A stretch of DNA of 54,208 nucleotides from an uncultured Muribaculaceae bacterium (GCA_938039795.1 CALHWU010000164.1:1-54208); one strand, 5' to 3'; positions 27,634-38,197 are shown, numbered from the stretch's first letter. Numbers and translations: made by a program. Notes: generated from the sequence alone by a model not told the origin.

Positions 27634-30600
27634 ATGAAAAAAACAGCGTTAATCAGTCTGGCTGTGGCATCGGCCTTGGGGGCCGGAGCACAGACTTTCA
27701 CCGAATGGCATGACCAGAAGGTCAACGAGGTGAACCGCGCTCCTATGCACAGCGCATATTTCGCTTATGAGAGCAAGAAGGCCGCCGATGAGGGGGTCAA
27801 GGAAAATTCCTCCAACTTTATGAGCCTCAACGGCCCCTGGAAATTCAACTGGGTGAAAGACTACACATCGCGCCCCACAGATTTTTTCAGCAAGAATTTC
27901 AACGACAAAGGATGGGACACTCTTGAAGTGCCTGCCATCTGGGAACTCAACGGTTACGGCGATCCCCTCTATATCAACCCCGGATATCCATGGAACTACC
28001 AGTTCAACAGCGAACCGCCGAAAGTGCCTACGGAGAATAACCATGTCGGATCATACCGCCGCACATTCACCATTCCCGCCGACTGGAAAGGCAAGGATAT
28101 CATAGCCCATTTCGGTGCTGTCTCGTCCAACATGTATCTCTGGGTCAACGGCAAATATGTGGGCTATGGCGAAGACTCCAAGCTTGAGCAGGAATTTGAC
28201 CTGACCCCCTATCTCGTCCCCGGCAAGGAGAACCTTATCGCCTTCCAGGTGATGCGCTGGAGCGACGGCACATATTTCGAGGATCAGGACTTCATGCGCT
28301 ACAGCGGCGTCGGACGCGACTGCTATCTCTATGCCCGCGACAAAAACCGCGTGGAGGATATCCGCGTCGTTCCCGATCTGGTCAATGACTACCGCGATGG
28401 CCGCCTGACCGTCGATGTCAAGCTCAAAGGCAAAGGTGTCACCGACCTGAAGCTCTACGACCCGCAGGGCAAGGAGGTGGCGCAGGCCACCGTCAAAGGG
28501 AGTGGCAAAGCCGTCATGGATGTCGCCTCCCCCGAGAAATGGACAGCCGAGACTCCCAGTCTTTACCGTCTCGAAGCCACTTTTGCCGGCGGCAGCGAGA
28601 CGATACCGGTAGCTGTAGGATTCCGTAAGATCGAGCTCAAGGGCGACCAGGTGCTCGTCAACGGCAAGCCCGTGCTCTTCAAGGGCGCCGACCGTCACGA
28701 GATGGATCCCGACGGCGGCTACTACGTCAGCCGCGAGCGCATGCTTCAGGACATCAAGATCATGAAGGAGCTCAACCTCAACGCCGTGCGCACATGCCAC
28801 TACCCCGACGCCAACGAATGGTATGATCTCTGCGACCAATATGGCATCTACGTGGTGGCCGAGGCCAACCTCGAAAGCCACGGTATGGGCTACGGCGAGA
28901 AATCGCTTGCCAAATTCCCTGAATTCGAGAAACCCCACATCGAGCGCAACGAGCGCAACGTGGCCCGCAACTACAACCACCCGAGCATCATCTTCTGGAG
29001 CCTCGGCAATGAGGCCGGCGACGGCGTCAACTTCGTCACCGCCTACAAGGCCGTCAAGGCCATGGACCAGAGCCGTCCCGTGCAGTACGAGCGCGCCGGA
29101 TATGCCGACCACACCGACATCTACTGCCCAATGTACGTCAGCCCCAAGGGAATGGAGGACTACGGCAAGCGCACCGACCGCACCAAGCCGATGATCCAGT
29201 GCGAGTATGCCCACGCGATGGGCAACTCCGAGGGAGGATTTAAGGAATACTGGGACGTAATCCGCAAATATCCCAACCTTCAGGGAGGATTTATCTGGGA
29301 CTTCGTCGACCAGTCGCCCCGGTGGAAAGGAAAGACCGGCAAGGAGATCTACGGCTACGCCGGCGACTTCAACGAGTATGACCCGCGCCACGACTACAAC
29401 TTCTGCAACAACGGCCTCGTCAACCCCGACCGCCGTCTCAACCCCCACGCCCATGAGGCAAAACGCGTAATGCAGAACGTATGGCTTACTCCGGTAACCG
29501 GCAAGGAAGGCGAATTCACCGTCTACAACGAATATTTCTTCCAGGATCTCGGCAACCGCTCTCTTCAGTGGACACTGCTCCACGACGGCCAGCCCGTAAG
29601 ATCAGGCATCATCGAGCACCTGAATGTCGGCCCGCAGCAGAAAGCCCACATCACCATACCCTACGGCCCCGTCACGAATGAGGGCGAATGGCTGCTCAAC
29701 ACGGCCGTCGTGACCAAAAACCGTGAGGGCATTGTCGACGCCGGAACCGTCCTCGACCGCCAGCAGACAGTAATCCGCGGCTATGAGGCCCCGGCACTGA
29801 CTATCGCAAACCACACTCTCGCCAACACTCCCGTCACTGAGCCGTCGATAAAGGACAATCTCCGCACAGTGCTCGTTGTTGAGGCTCCGGGCGTGCGCAT
29901 CGATTTCAGCCGTCAGACCGGCTTCATGACACGCTACGACGTGGACGGCACGGAAATGATACTCGACGGTTCGAGCCTCAAGCCCAACTTCTGGCGCGCT
30001 CCGACCGACAACGACTTCGGCGCCAACCTCCAGAACCGCTACCGCGCATGGCTCGACCCCACAATGAAACTCAAGAGCCTGACCGCCGAGAAGAATGCCG
30101 AAGGTCTCGTAGTGGTGAAAGCCTCCTATGACATGCCGACCGTCCAGGCCACCCTCGACATGACCTACACCATCAACAACGAGGGCGCAGTGCTTGTCAA
30201 CGAGCACATGACCGCCACTCCGGGAGCCAAGGTCAGCGACCTCTTCCGCTTCGGCATGCAGATGCAGATGCCTGAGAATTTCGACCGCATCGTCTACTAC
30301 GGACGCGGCCCCGTAGAAAACTACATCGACCGCATCCAGGCAGCCGACCTCGGTGTCTACGACCAGAAGGTCGACGACCAGTTCTACCCCTATATCCGCC
30401 CGCAGGAGACAGGCACCAAGACCGACATCCGCTACTGGAAGCAGGTGAACCATGCCGGCCGCGGCCTTGAGTTCGAAGCAGCCGAGCCCTTCTCGGCATC
30501 CGCACTCCACTACACCATCGAATCGCTCGACGAAGGCATCCACAAAGTCAACCGACACTCCGAGGAGGTCGAGAAAGCGCCGCTGACCAACCTTCTCATC

Positions 30601-30732
30601 GACAAGCGCCAGATGGGACTCGGATGCATCGACTCCTGGGGAGCGATGCCTTACGACGAATATCTCATGAAGTACGGCGACTACGATTTCAGCTTCAAGA
30701 TGACACCCGTCAGCAACGTCGTAGCTCGCTGA
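27634..30732 (+). CDS. Beta-galactosidase, GH2 (LacZ-type)
   Basis: Signal peptide; NAVRTCHYP, WSLGNE (acid/base), CEYAHAMGNS (nucleophile), GGFIWDFVDQ, C-terminal Bgal_small domain. Confidence 0.95.
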   Translation: MKKTALISLAVASALGAGAQTFTEWHDQKVNEVNRAPMHSAYFAYESKKAADEGVKENSSNFMSLNGPWKFNWVKDYTSRPTDFFSKNFNDKGWDTLEVPAIWELNGYGDPLYINPGYPWNYQFNSEPPKVPTENNHVGSYRRTFTIPADWKGKDIIAHFGAVSSNMYLWVNGKYVGYGEDSKLEQEFDLTPYLVPGKENLIAFQVMRWSDGTYFEDQDFMRYSGVGRDCYLYARDKNRVEDIRVVPDLVNDYRDGRLTVDVKLKGKGVTDLKLYDPQGKEVAQATVKGSGKAVMDVASPEKWTAETPSLYRLEATFAGGSETIPVAVGFRKIELKGDQVLVNGKPVLFKGADRHEMDPDGGYYVSRERMLQDIKIMKELNLNAVRTCHYPDANEWYDLCDQYGIYVVAEANLESHGMGYGEKSLAKFPEFEKPHIERNERNVARNYNHPSIIFWSLGNEAGDGVNFVTAYKAVKAMDQSRPVQYERAGYADHTDIYCPMYVSPKGMEDYGKRTDRTKPMIQCEYAHAMGNSEGGFKEYWDVIRKYPNLQGGFIWDFVDQSPRWKGKTGKEIYGYAGDFNEYDPRHDYNFCNNGLVNPDRRLNPHAHEAKRVMQNVWLTPVTGKEGEFTVYNEYFFQDLGNRSLQWTLLHDGQPVRSGIIEHLNVGPQQKAHITIPYGPVTNEGEWLLNTAVVTKNREGIVDAGTVLDRQQTVIRGYEAPALTIANHTLANTPVTEPSIKDNLRTVLVVEAPGVRIDFSRQTGFMTRYDVDGTEMILDGSSLKPNFWRAPTDNDFGANLQNRYRAWLDPTMKLKSLTAEKNAEGLVVVKASYDMPTVQATLDMTYTINNEGAVLVNEHMTATPGAKVSDLFRFGMQMQMPENFDRIVYYGRGPVENYIDRIQAADLGVYDQKVDDQFYPYIRPQETGTKTDIRYWKQVNHAGRGLEFEAAEPFSASALHYTIESLDEGIHKVNRHSEEVEKAPLTNLLIDKRQMGLGCIDSWGAMPYDEYLMKYGDYDFSFKMTPVSNVVAR

Positions 30733-30758
30733 CGACAGTTTCTTAACTCTACATCAAG

Positions 30759-30805
30759 GCTCCGCAGGCGCCCATTTTCCCGGCTTACCTGCGGAGCTTT
30801 TCTTT
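30759..30805 (+). terminator. Intrinsic terminator after GH2
   Basis: gctccgcagg / cctgcggagc stem followed by ttttcttt. Confidence 0.7.
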
Positions 30806-30846
30806 ACCGCCCCATATCATCGTCCGATCATTCAGTAGTTACCATT

Positions 30847-32400
30847 ATGCTCAAGTCACTCTCATGTGCGGTAATTGCCGCCGCGATCGCCGCCTCTGCC
30901 ATCCAGGCCTCCACTCCGGTGATGGGATGGAGTTCCTGGAACTCTTTCCGTGTCAACATTTCCGACTCGCTCATCATGAAGCAGGCCGACGCTCTCGTGT
31001 CGACCGGCCTCAGCCGTGCCGGCTACAACCATATCAACGTCGACGACGGCTTCTTCGGCCACCGCGATCAAGCGGGGATAATGCAGCCTCATCCGACACG
31101 CTTTCCCGGCGGAATGAGACGTGTGGCCGACCACATACATTCACTCGGCCTGAAAGCAGGAATATACTCCGATGCCGGAGCCGTCACATGCGGCTCGATA
31201 TGGGACAACGATACTATCGGACGCGGAGCGGGTCTCTACGGTCACGAAATCACCGACGCCCGCACCTACTTCGCCGACTGGGATTACGATTTCATAAAAA
31301 TAGACTACTGCGGGGCCGGACAGGAGCTCGATCTTGACGAGGAGGAACGCTATACAGCCATACGGCAGGCAATCGACAGCGTTGCCGGCAAAGAGGTGGA
31401 GCTCAACATCTGCCGGTGGGCTTTCCCGGGCACGTGGGCTGCCGGCATCGCCTCATCGTGGCGCATCAGTCCCGACATTAATCCCTCGTGGGGATCGGTA
31501 AGAAGCATCATCGCCACTTGCATGCCATTATCGGGATTCTGCCGCGACGGCCATTTCAACGACATGGACATGCTTGAGATCGGCCGCGGACTCACTCCGT
31601 CGGAAGAGCGCGTGCATTTCGGCATGTGGTGCATGATGTCAAGCCCGCTGCTGATAGGGTGCGACCTGACCAAAATTCCCGCGGAATCGCTGCAGCTGCT
31701 CACCAATCCCGAACTTATAGCGCTCAATCAGGACACTCTCGCGCTTCAGGCATATCCGGTAAAATACGAGGATGGATGCTATGTGCTCGTTAAAGACATC
31801 ATAAGCCGGCGCTCCACCACCCGTGCCGTCGCCCTATACAATCCTACCGATTCGGCGGAGCGCATCGCCGTCGCCCTATCCGACATCGAGCTTCAAGGAC
31901 CGGCCAAAGCGCGTGATCTTTTCGGACGCCGCAACCTGGCCGACGTCGCCGACACACTGGCGATGACCGTCGCCCCACACGATGTGGCGATCATAAGCCT
32001 CGACGCCGCCAGGCGGATCGAAGCCACCGTCTATGAGGCCGAATGGGCGTGGCTTCCGCTCTATAACGCTCTCGGCAAGCGTAAGAAAGAGATCTGCTTC
32101 GTCAGCGATCCGGAGGCATCCGCCGGATGGAAAGTACGCTATGCAGGCGGCCGCCGCGAAAACTCGATAATATGGCCCGAAGTGTGGTCCGACCAGGGAG
32201 GAGTCTATGAGATCACTATCGACTACGATCCCGCCCCGATGCGCTCCATCGAGCTGTATGTCAACGGCGAGCCGGCCGATCCCGCCAGCGTCAACCTTAA
32301 GCCGGGCGCCAACAAAGTGGAGATAACGGCCTCCACATCATGGGCGCCCGACATCGACCGGATCACCCTGAAGCGCTTAGCTCATTCCACATCAAGATAA
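30847..32400 (+). CDS. Alpha-galactosidase, GH27, with C-terminal CBM6/35-like module
   Basis: PVMGWSSWN, NVDDGF, FIKIDYC (nucleophile), WRISPDI, NDMDMLEIG; C-terminal YEAE..PDIDRI. Confidence 0.9.
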   Translation: MLKSLSCAVIAAAIAASAIQASTPVMGWSSWNSFRVNISDSLIMKQADALVSTGLSRAGYNHINVDDGFFGHRDQAGIMQPHPTRFPGGMRRVADHIHSLGLKAGIYSDAGAVTCGSIWDNDTIGRGAGLYGHEITDARTYFADWDYDFIKIDYCGAGQELDLDEEERYTAIRQAIDSVAGKEVELNICRWAFPGTWAAGIASSWRISPDINPSWGSVRSIIATCMPLSGFCRDGHFNDMDMLEIGRGLTPSEERVHFGMWCMMSSPLLIGCDLTKIPAESLQLLTNPELIALNQDTLALQAYPVKYEDGCYVLVKDIISRRSTTRAVALYNPTDSAERIAVALSDIELQGPAKARDLFGRRNLADVADTLAMTVAPHDVAIISLDAARRIEATVYEAEWAWLPLYNALGKRKKEICFVSDPEASAGWKVRYAGGRRENSIIWPEVWSDQGGVYEITIDYDPAPMRSIELYVNGEPADPASVNLKPGANKVEITASTSWAPDIDRITLKRLAHSTSR

Positions 32401-32413
32401 AACTGAGGATACC

Positions 32414-34987
32414 ATGCATCTCCTGCCATCATTTACAATCGCGAACTGTCGGCTCTTGCTCGCTTTATCCTTGCTGACATGCGCAGCCACAATATCTGCC
32501 CGGCATCGGAGCGCCGACCGTCTATGGTCAGACATTCCGGCCTTCACCCAGGTGATGGAAAACCAGAACGAGCGCGGCCTGACCTCCGATCGCTGGGACG
32601 GACTGTGGGAGGGCGACACTGCACCGTCCCTGCCGCGTGTCCCCGACCCGTCGCCAACAATAAAAAGATGGACGCAGGGAGAGTGGATCAACCATCTTAA
32701 CGAGGAGACAGCTGCCGCCACCCGGGGAAAGTACTCCAATCCCATTCTAATCTGGGAGCAGGAATCCTATCTGACCGGCAACGGACGCATCGGGGCGTCG
32801 ACTCTGCATGGCAGCGGACGCGACCGCTATGCGCTCAATGAGGTATCGTTCTGGTCGGGAGGATTCAACGGAGGCACCATCAACTCCAGCGGCGACAAGA
32901 GCTTCAACGGCGAGAACGGCCCCGATGCCGACGATGACTGCTTCGGCGGAGCTCAGCCCGTAGCCGATTTCATCGTGGATTTCGACGCTCCGGCCAGACG
33001 CGGATCTTTCGTTCGCGAGACCCTGCTTGATGAAGGCGTCGTATCATCGTCGGCCATCCGTAAGGGCGCGCATGTCACGAGCACGGCCTTCTGCAGCTAT
33101 CCCGACCAGGTGATGGTGTTGCACTACCGCGCCGACAAGGCCGGCGCTCTCAACGCCAGGCTGCTTTTCGTCACCCAGCGCGATGAAGACTCCACCGGAG
33201 TCGGCAACGACCGCCTGACCCTCGCGAGCCATCTCCCCAACGGCATGTCGTGCGAGGCGATAGCCCACGTCCGTCCTTATGGCGGCAGACTGTCGGCCGG
33301 CAACGGATACCTCACCCTGTCAGGCGCCGACTCCGCCACCATAGTCATAGCCATAGAGACCAACTACGCTATGGACCATGCGGCAGGCTTCCGGAGCAGG
33401 CATACAGCGCAAGCCAAAGCCGCAGCGAGGATCGGCGCGGTCAGCGATCTCAGTTATGACGACCTCATACGGCGCCATTCCGCCGATTATTCGGCGCTTT
33501 ATGGCCGCCAGCAGCTCCGTCTGGGTGCCGACATGTCGCCCGACACCGTGCCTACCTACCGACGCCTGGCCGCATACCGTGAAAACGGCAACGACCCGGT
33601 CATCGACAACCTCCTTTACAATTTCGGCCGCTATCTGACCATCTCCACATCACGTCCGGGCAGTCTGCCCGGGGGCCTCCAGGGCCTGTGGAACGCCCGC
33701 GTGACTGCCCCGTGGGGCAACGACTACCACAGCAACATCAACCTGCAGATGGTCTACTGGCTTCCGGAAGTAGCCAACCTTTCGGAATGCCATCTGCCGA
33801 TGCTTGACTATCTGCGCGCCACACGCGAGCCCAACCGCCGGGCCACACGCGAGTATCTCCGCGCGATCGGACGTCCCGAGGAGGATGCCGCCGACGGTTG
33901 GCTCGTCTACACCTCCCACAATCCGTTCGGAGGCCAGGGATGGCAGGTCAATCTGCCCGGATCGGCCTGGTACGCGCTCCATTTCTGGGAACACTATGCA
34001 TTCACCCGCGACACCGCCTATCTACGCGACGAAGCATATCCGGTCATGAAAGAACTCTGCCACTATTGGGAACGCAATCTCAAGGAACTCGGAGCCGGAG
34101 GCGAAGGATTCGAGAGCGAATACAGGCCCGTCGACGTGGCGGCCTACCCTGAGCTGCGCGATATAGCTGCCGGGACTCTTGTTGTGCCCAACGGATGGTC
34201 GCCCGAAATCGGACCGCGCGGGGAGGACGGCGTAGCCCACGACCAGCAGATCGTGGCGCAGTTGTTCGCCAACACCATCAAGGCTGCCGAGACGCTCGGC
34301 GCCGACACCCTCTGGGCCGGAGCGCTCAAGGAGAAACTCTCACGCATGGCCGGCCCGCGCATCGGGGCGAAAGGCAACCTGATGGAGTGGATGATCGACC
34401 GCGATCCGGTGACCGACCACCGTCACACGTCGCATCTTTTCGCCGTATTTCCCGGCGACGCCATCAGCGCGGAGTCGACTCCCGCACTCGCTGAAGCGGC
34501 CCGCAAGTCGCTGCTGATGCGCAAGTCCTCCGGCGACAGCCGGCGCGCATTCGCATGGGCGTGGCGCTCGTGTCTGTGGGCGCGGTTCCGCGAGGGCGAC
34601 AAAGCCCACGACATGATTGAAGGGCTGGTCAGATACAACATGCTCGACAATCTGCTGACTACGCAGAATCTCCCCCTGCAGATCGACGGCAACTTCGGCG
34701 TAGCGTCGGCCATGCACGAGATGCTGCTGCAATCCCATTCCGGCATCATCGAGCTTCTTCCGGCCTCCACGGTACGCTGGCCCGAGGGAAGCATCCGGGG
34801 CGCCAGGGCGCGGGGAGGACTCGAAGTGGATATGTCATGGAAAGATGGACTGGTCACCGGCTGGACTGTCTATTCGTCAGAGCCGCACCCCGATCCCGTG
34901 ACAGTCAAAGTCAACGGACAGTATGAGACCGCAGTGCCTCTCGTGCGGCCTCAAGGGAAGCCTGACGTCCGATATCGAACCAACTGA
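32414..34987 (+). CDS. GH95 alpha-L-fucosidase (alpha-1,2-fucosidase family)
   Basis: GNGRIGA, NFGRYLTISTSR, LQGLWN, DYHSNINLQM, WSPE, HRHTSHLF, QIDGNFG. Confidence 0.92.
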   Translation: MHLLPSFTIANCRLLLALSLLTCAATISARHRSADRLWSDIPAFTQVMENQNERGLTSDRWDGLWEGDTAPSLPRVPDPSPTIKRWTQGEWINHLNEETAAATRGKYSNPILIWEQESYLTGNGRIGASTLHGSGRDRYALNEVSFWSGGFNGGTINSSGDKSFNGENGPDADDDCFGGAQPVADFIVDFDAPARRGSFVRETLLDEGVVSSSAIRKGAHVTSTAFCSYPDQVMVLHYRADKAGALNARLLFVTQRDEDSTGVGNDRLTLASHLPNGMSCEAIAHVRPYGGRLSAGNGYLTLSGADSATIVIAIETNYAMDHAAGFRSRHTAQAKAAARIGAVSDLSYDDLIRRHSADYSALYGRQQLRLGADMSPDTVPTYRRLAAYRENGNDPVIDNLLYNFGRYLTISTSRPGSLPGGLQGLWNARVTAPWGNDYHSNINLQMVYWLPEVANLSECHLPMLDYLRATREPNRRATREYLRAIGRPEEDAADGWLVYTSHNPFGGQGWQVNLPGSAWYALHFWEHYAFTRDTAYLRDEAYPVMKELCHYWERNLKELGAGGEGFESEYRPVDVAAYPELRDIAAGTLVVPNGWSPEIGPRGEDGVAHDQQIVAQLFANTIKAAETLGADTLWAGALKEKLSRMAGPRIGAKGNLMEWMIDRDPVTDHRHTSHLFAVFPGDAISAESTPALAEAARKSLLMRKSSGDSRRAFAWAWRSCLWARFREGDKAHDMIEGLVRYNMLDNLLTTQNLPLQIDGNFGVASAMHEMLLQSHSGIIELLPASTVRWPEGSIRGARARGGLEVDMSWKDGLVTGWTVYSSEPHPDPVTVKVNGQYETAVPLVRPQGKPDVRYRTN

Positions 34988-35663
34988 ACATCTCCGAGGG
35001 CCTGAATCCGCGTATCACGGCACGGCCGCACATCTCCACGTAGAAATCCGTTATGGAGAATACCGGGCCCCGTCGGCCGGCGTATTCGGCCAGCAGCGGC
35101 TCCAGCGACCGGCTGACCACATGGACGCCCCCGAAAGCGAGCGCCTGCAGCCCCGTCGCATCCAGTCCGGCCGGCCTGATTTCCGAGAGGTCGGCCCTGG
35201 CCCATCCGCGCATCCGTCCCGACTGATCGAACAGCAGGCGGCGTGATGACTTGCGGTCACTTACCAGAAGAGTAGCGTCGGCGCCCGATTCGGCATGCGC
35301 GGCCATATGCCGGCGCAGCGGACTGTCGGTCAGAATGTCGGCATTATGAAGCAAGATGGGATCATCGTTGTCAAACAGAGCCAAGGCCTTGAGCAGTCCC
35401 CCGCCCGTGTCGAGCAGCCGGTCACGCTCGTCGCTGACGCGTATGTCAGTCCCGAAATTGTCCTCTCTCCGAAGATAATCGATGATCATATCGGGAAAAT
35501 GGTGTACGTTGACCACTATATGGTCGGCGCCGGCATCTTTCACCCGCATGATCACCCGCCGCAGCATAGGCTCTCCGTCGACCTCCACAAGGGCTTTGGG
35601 GCATGAATCGGTCAGCGGGCGCAGCCGCGTGCCCAGCCCGGCAGCAAATATCAGAGCGTTCAT
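34911..35663 (-). CDS. Sugar-1-phosphate nucleotidyltransferase, MurU-like
   Basis: AAGLGTRLRPLT..PKALV, LDTGGG, HNADI, WFDIG; coupled (ATGA overlap) to the upstream AmgK-like kinase. Confidence 0.85.
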   Translation of the reverse strand: MNALIFAAGLGTRLRPLTDSCPKALVEVDGEPMLRRVIMRVKDAGADHIVVNVHHFPDMIIDYLRREDNFGTDIRVSDERDRLLDTGGGLLKALALFDNDDPILLHNADILTDSPLRRHMAAHAESGADATLLVSDRKSSRRLLFDQSGRMRGWARADLSEIRPAGLDATGLQALAFGGVHVVSRSLEPLLAEYAGRRGPVFSITDFYVEMCGRAVIRGFRPSEMFSWFDIGRQASLEAAREALRSHTVR

Positions 35664-37072
35664 ATGATTTCTTCTATTCCCTGTTCGCGATGTATCAGCC
35701 GGATGACGATACCCGGAAACCGTTCCCTGAGATGACTGGCCATACGCTCGGCGCTATATACCGAGCGGTGCCTCCCGCCGGTGCACCCGAACCACACGCA
35801 TAGCGACGTGAAGCCTCGCTCCACATATTTCTCTACCGAAGCATCGACAAGAGCCGCGGCATGGCTTATGAATCCGGGCGCCTCGCTTTCACGGTCGAGA
35901 AACTCTCTGACAGCGTCATCGCGTCCGGTCATAGGCTTGAAACGGTCATATCGTCCGGGGTTATGGATCGCACGGCAGTCAAAAACGAATCCGCCTCCGT
36001 TGCCCGACGGATCAACGGGCAGTCCGCGTTTATATGAGAAACTGCCTACTGTCACCGTCAGACGGTCAGCGGTCTTTTCCTGACCGTTCATCTCGGAGAG
36101 AGTGGCGACGATCCTCGAAATTTCAGGAAACTCCTCCATGACTTCGGGCGGAAGCACACGCAGTTGGCCTATTGCGGCGGGAATGCTGTCGATAAACATC
36201 TGCTTGCGCTCCACCAGGCCGCGGAGTCCGTAGGTGCCGAGCGTCTGGAGAGTGCGGAGCAGCCTGAAGAGAGGGAGCCGTGCCCTGAAAGCCTCGGCCT
36301 CGGCAGAACTGAATCCACGCGCCTCGCAATAGACGCGCAGAAGCTCCTCGCGGACACCCTCGGGATAGCGCGCACGGCTCTGCCAGAGGAAAGCCACCAC
36401 ATCATAGGCCGCCGGTCCCCGGTAACCGCCCTGAAAGTCTATATACAGCGGACGGAGCGACGGCGTGACGATGACGTTGCGCGACTGGAAATCGCGATAC
36501 ATGAATCCGTCGTCAGGCTGCGCTGCCGTAAGCCCGGCAAGGCGCCGCAGGTCTTTCTCGAGAGCCGCCTCGCAGAACCCGGTAGCGGTGACTTTCAGGA
36601 AGCAGTATTTGAAATGATTGAGATCCCACATCACCACATCCTCAGTGAAAGCCTCCACCGGCACTGTCTGCCGGTAGTCGATGCTTCCCTGAGGCGCCGA
36701 GTGGATCGCCGCCAGATCACGCATCACACCGCGGAGCACCCCCATCGCTTCGTCATCATACGCTCCGCTCCGACGGCACCGCTCAAGGTAATCATATAGC
36801 GCGGGACCCTCGGCCCACGACTGCAGATAGGCCGTGGAGTCATCACTGACCGCCAGCACTTCAGGCACATTGACTCCGGCCCGCGACAGAGCGCCCGCCA
36901 GATATATGAAAGCCCGGTTCTCGGCCACGTCCGTGCCAAGCGTGCCGGCGGCCTGCCCTCCGCTGCCGGTCATCCGGAAATACCGGCGGTGGGAGCCCGC
37001 GGCCGGCAGCGGAACGATCCCGGAAGGATCCGATCCGAAAGCTGCGGCATAAAGTTGCTTGAGTTTTTCCAT
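35660..37072 (-). CDS. AmgK-like aminosugar phosphotransferase fused to a RapZ C-terminal-like domain
   Basis: AGSHRRYFR, MYRDFQSRN, IDFQG (APH-fold kinase); C-terminal SFSYKRG..FVFDCR..NPG..GCTGGRHRSV (RapZ-C). Confidence 0.85.
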   Translation of the reverse strand: MEKLKQLYAAAFGSDPSGIVPLPAAGSHRRYFRMTGSGGQAAGTLGTDVAENRAFIYLAGALSRAGVNVPEVLAVSDDSTAYLQSWAEGPALYDYLERCRRSGAYDDEAMGVLRGVMRDLAAIHSAPQGSIDYRQTVPVEAFTEDVVMWDLNHFKYCFLKVTATGFCEAALEKDLRRLAGLTAAQPDDGFMYRDFQSRNVIVTPSLRPLYIDFQGGYRGPAAYDVVAFLWQSRARYPEGVREELLRVYCEARGFSSAEAEAFRARLPLFRLLRTLQTLGTYGLRGLVERKQMFIDSIPAAIGQLRVLPPEVMEEFPEISRIVATLSEMNGQEKTADRLTVTVGSFSYKRGLPVDPSGNGGGFVFDCRAIHNPGRYDRFKPMTGRDDAVREFLDRESEAPGFISHAAALVDASVEKYVERGFTSLCVWFGCTGGRHRSVYSAERMASHLRERFPGIVIRLIHREQGIEEII

Positions 37073-37166
37073 ACTTGTGGCAAAGTTAAGGATTTTTGTC
37101 AGAATGCGGCCGCGTATTATCGGGCATTATGAGTAACTTTGCGAAAAATATGTAATTTTGCCAGAT

Positions 37167-37370
37167 ATGATTCCTGCATTTTTCAACATCGGCACAGGCG
37201 AGGTGATCATCCTCATATTCCTCGTGTTGCTGCTCTTCGGCGGCAAGAAGATTCCCGAACTGATGCGCGGCATCGGCAAAGGCGTGCGCAGTTTCCGCCA
37301 GGGGATGAACGATATTTCAAGCGAGATCAACACCCCGGCCGAAAAGGACTCCACCGACGACCGTAAATGA
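37167..37370 (+). CDS. tatA: Twin-arginine translocase TatA
   Basis: LLLFGGKKIPELMRGIGKGVRSF; start ATG 37167. Confidence 0.93.
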   Translation: MIPAFFNIGTGEVIILIFLVLLLFGGKKIPELMRGIGKGVRSFRQGMNDISSEINTPAEKDSTDDRK

Positions 37371-38197
37371 CCGCTCCCGACAGAGCTTCGGAGAAGACGC
37401 AACCGACAGCCGGCTTCTGGGATCACGTGGATGCCCTGCGTGGAGTGTTGTTGCGATGCGCGCTGACTGTGGCGCTGCTTGCCGGAGCGCTGTTCGCCGT
37501 CATGCCATGGATCTTCGACAACGTCATTCTCGCTCCCTGCCGCCCCGACTTTCCGCTCTACCGGTGGCTTGGACACATTTCATCATGGTGGGGGGCCGGT
37601 GACATGGAGGAATTACATGTGGAGCTTATCAACATCAGGCTTGCGTCGCAGTTTTTCATCCACATGTCCACCTCGCTCTGGCTCGCATTGGCGCTCGCTT
37701 TTCCCATTGTGATCTATCAGTTATGGAGATTTGTGGCGCCAGGACTGTATGAAAACGAAAAACGCGGCGCCCGCAAGGCTTTTCTGGCCGGAAATGCAAT
37801 GTTCTATCTCGGAGTCGCCGCTGGATATTTCCTCGTATTCCCGCTGACTCTCAGATTTCTCGCCCAGTATCAGCTGAGCGCCATGATCCCCAATCAGGTG
37901 TCGCTCGACTCTTATATGGATAACTTCCTTGTGCTTATCCTCGTAATGGGCATCATTTTCGAGCTGCCGCTCGTGTGCTGGATGCTCGGACGCATGGGCC
38001 TGCTCCACCGCAGTTTCTTCACCGCCTACCGCCGCCATGCCATCGTCGGACTCATGGCTCTCGCTGCCGTGGTCACTCCTACCGGCGATCCGTTCACGCT
38101 GATGGTGGTGTTCCTGCCGATCTACCTGCTGTGGGAGAGCGGTGCGCTTCTTATCCCGAAGGATTCCACGGCCGCTTCTGACACGCCGGAAGCCTGA
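37367..38197 (+). CDS. tatC: Twin-arginine translocase TatC
   Basis: FWDHVDALR, WRFVAPGLYENE, FELP, YRRHA, TPTGDP. Confidence 0.95.
   Translation: MTAPDRASEKTQPTAGFWDHVDALRGVLLRCALTVALLAGALFAVMPWIFDNVILAPCRPDFPLYRWLGHISSWWGAGDMEELHVELINIRLASQFFIHMSTSLWLALALAFPIVIYQLWRFVAPGLYENEKRGARKAFLAGNAMFYLGVAAGYFLVFPLTLRFLAQYQLSAMIPNQVSLDSYMDNFLVLILVMGIIFELPLVCWMLGRMGLLHRSFFTAYRRHAIVGLMALAAVVTPTGDPFTLMVVFLPIYLLWESGALLIPKDSTAASDTPEA

Noticed and set aside
28051..30558. 510-aa and 318-aa minus-strand ORFs
   Set aside because: Antisense shadows of the GH2 gene
37167..38197. tatAC without tatB as an unusual feature
   Set aside because: A minimal TatAC system is normal for Bacteroidetes; RR-containing N-termini in the window lack a convincing RRxFLK motif
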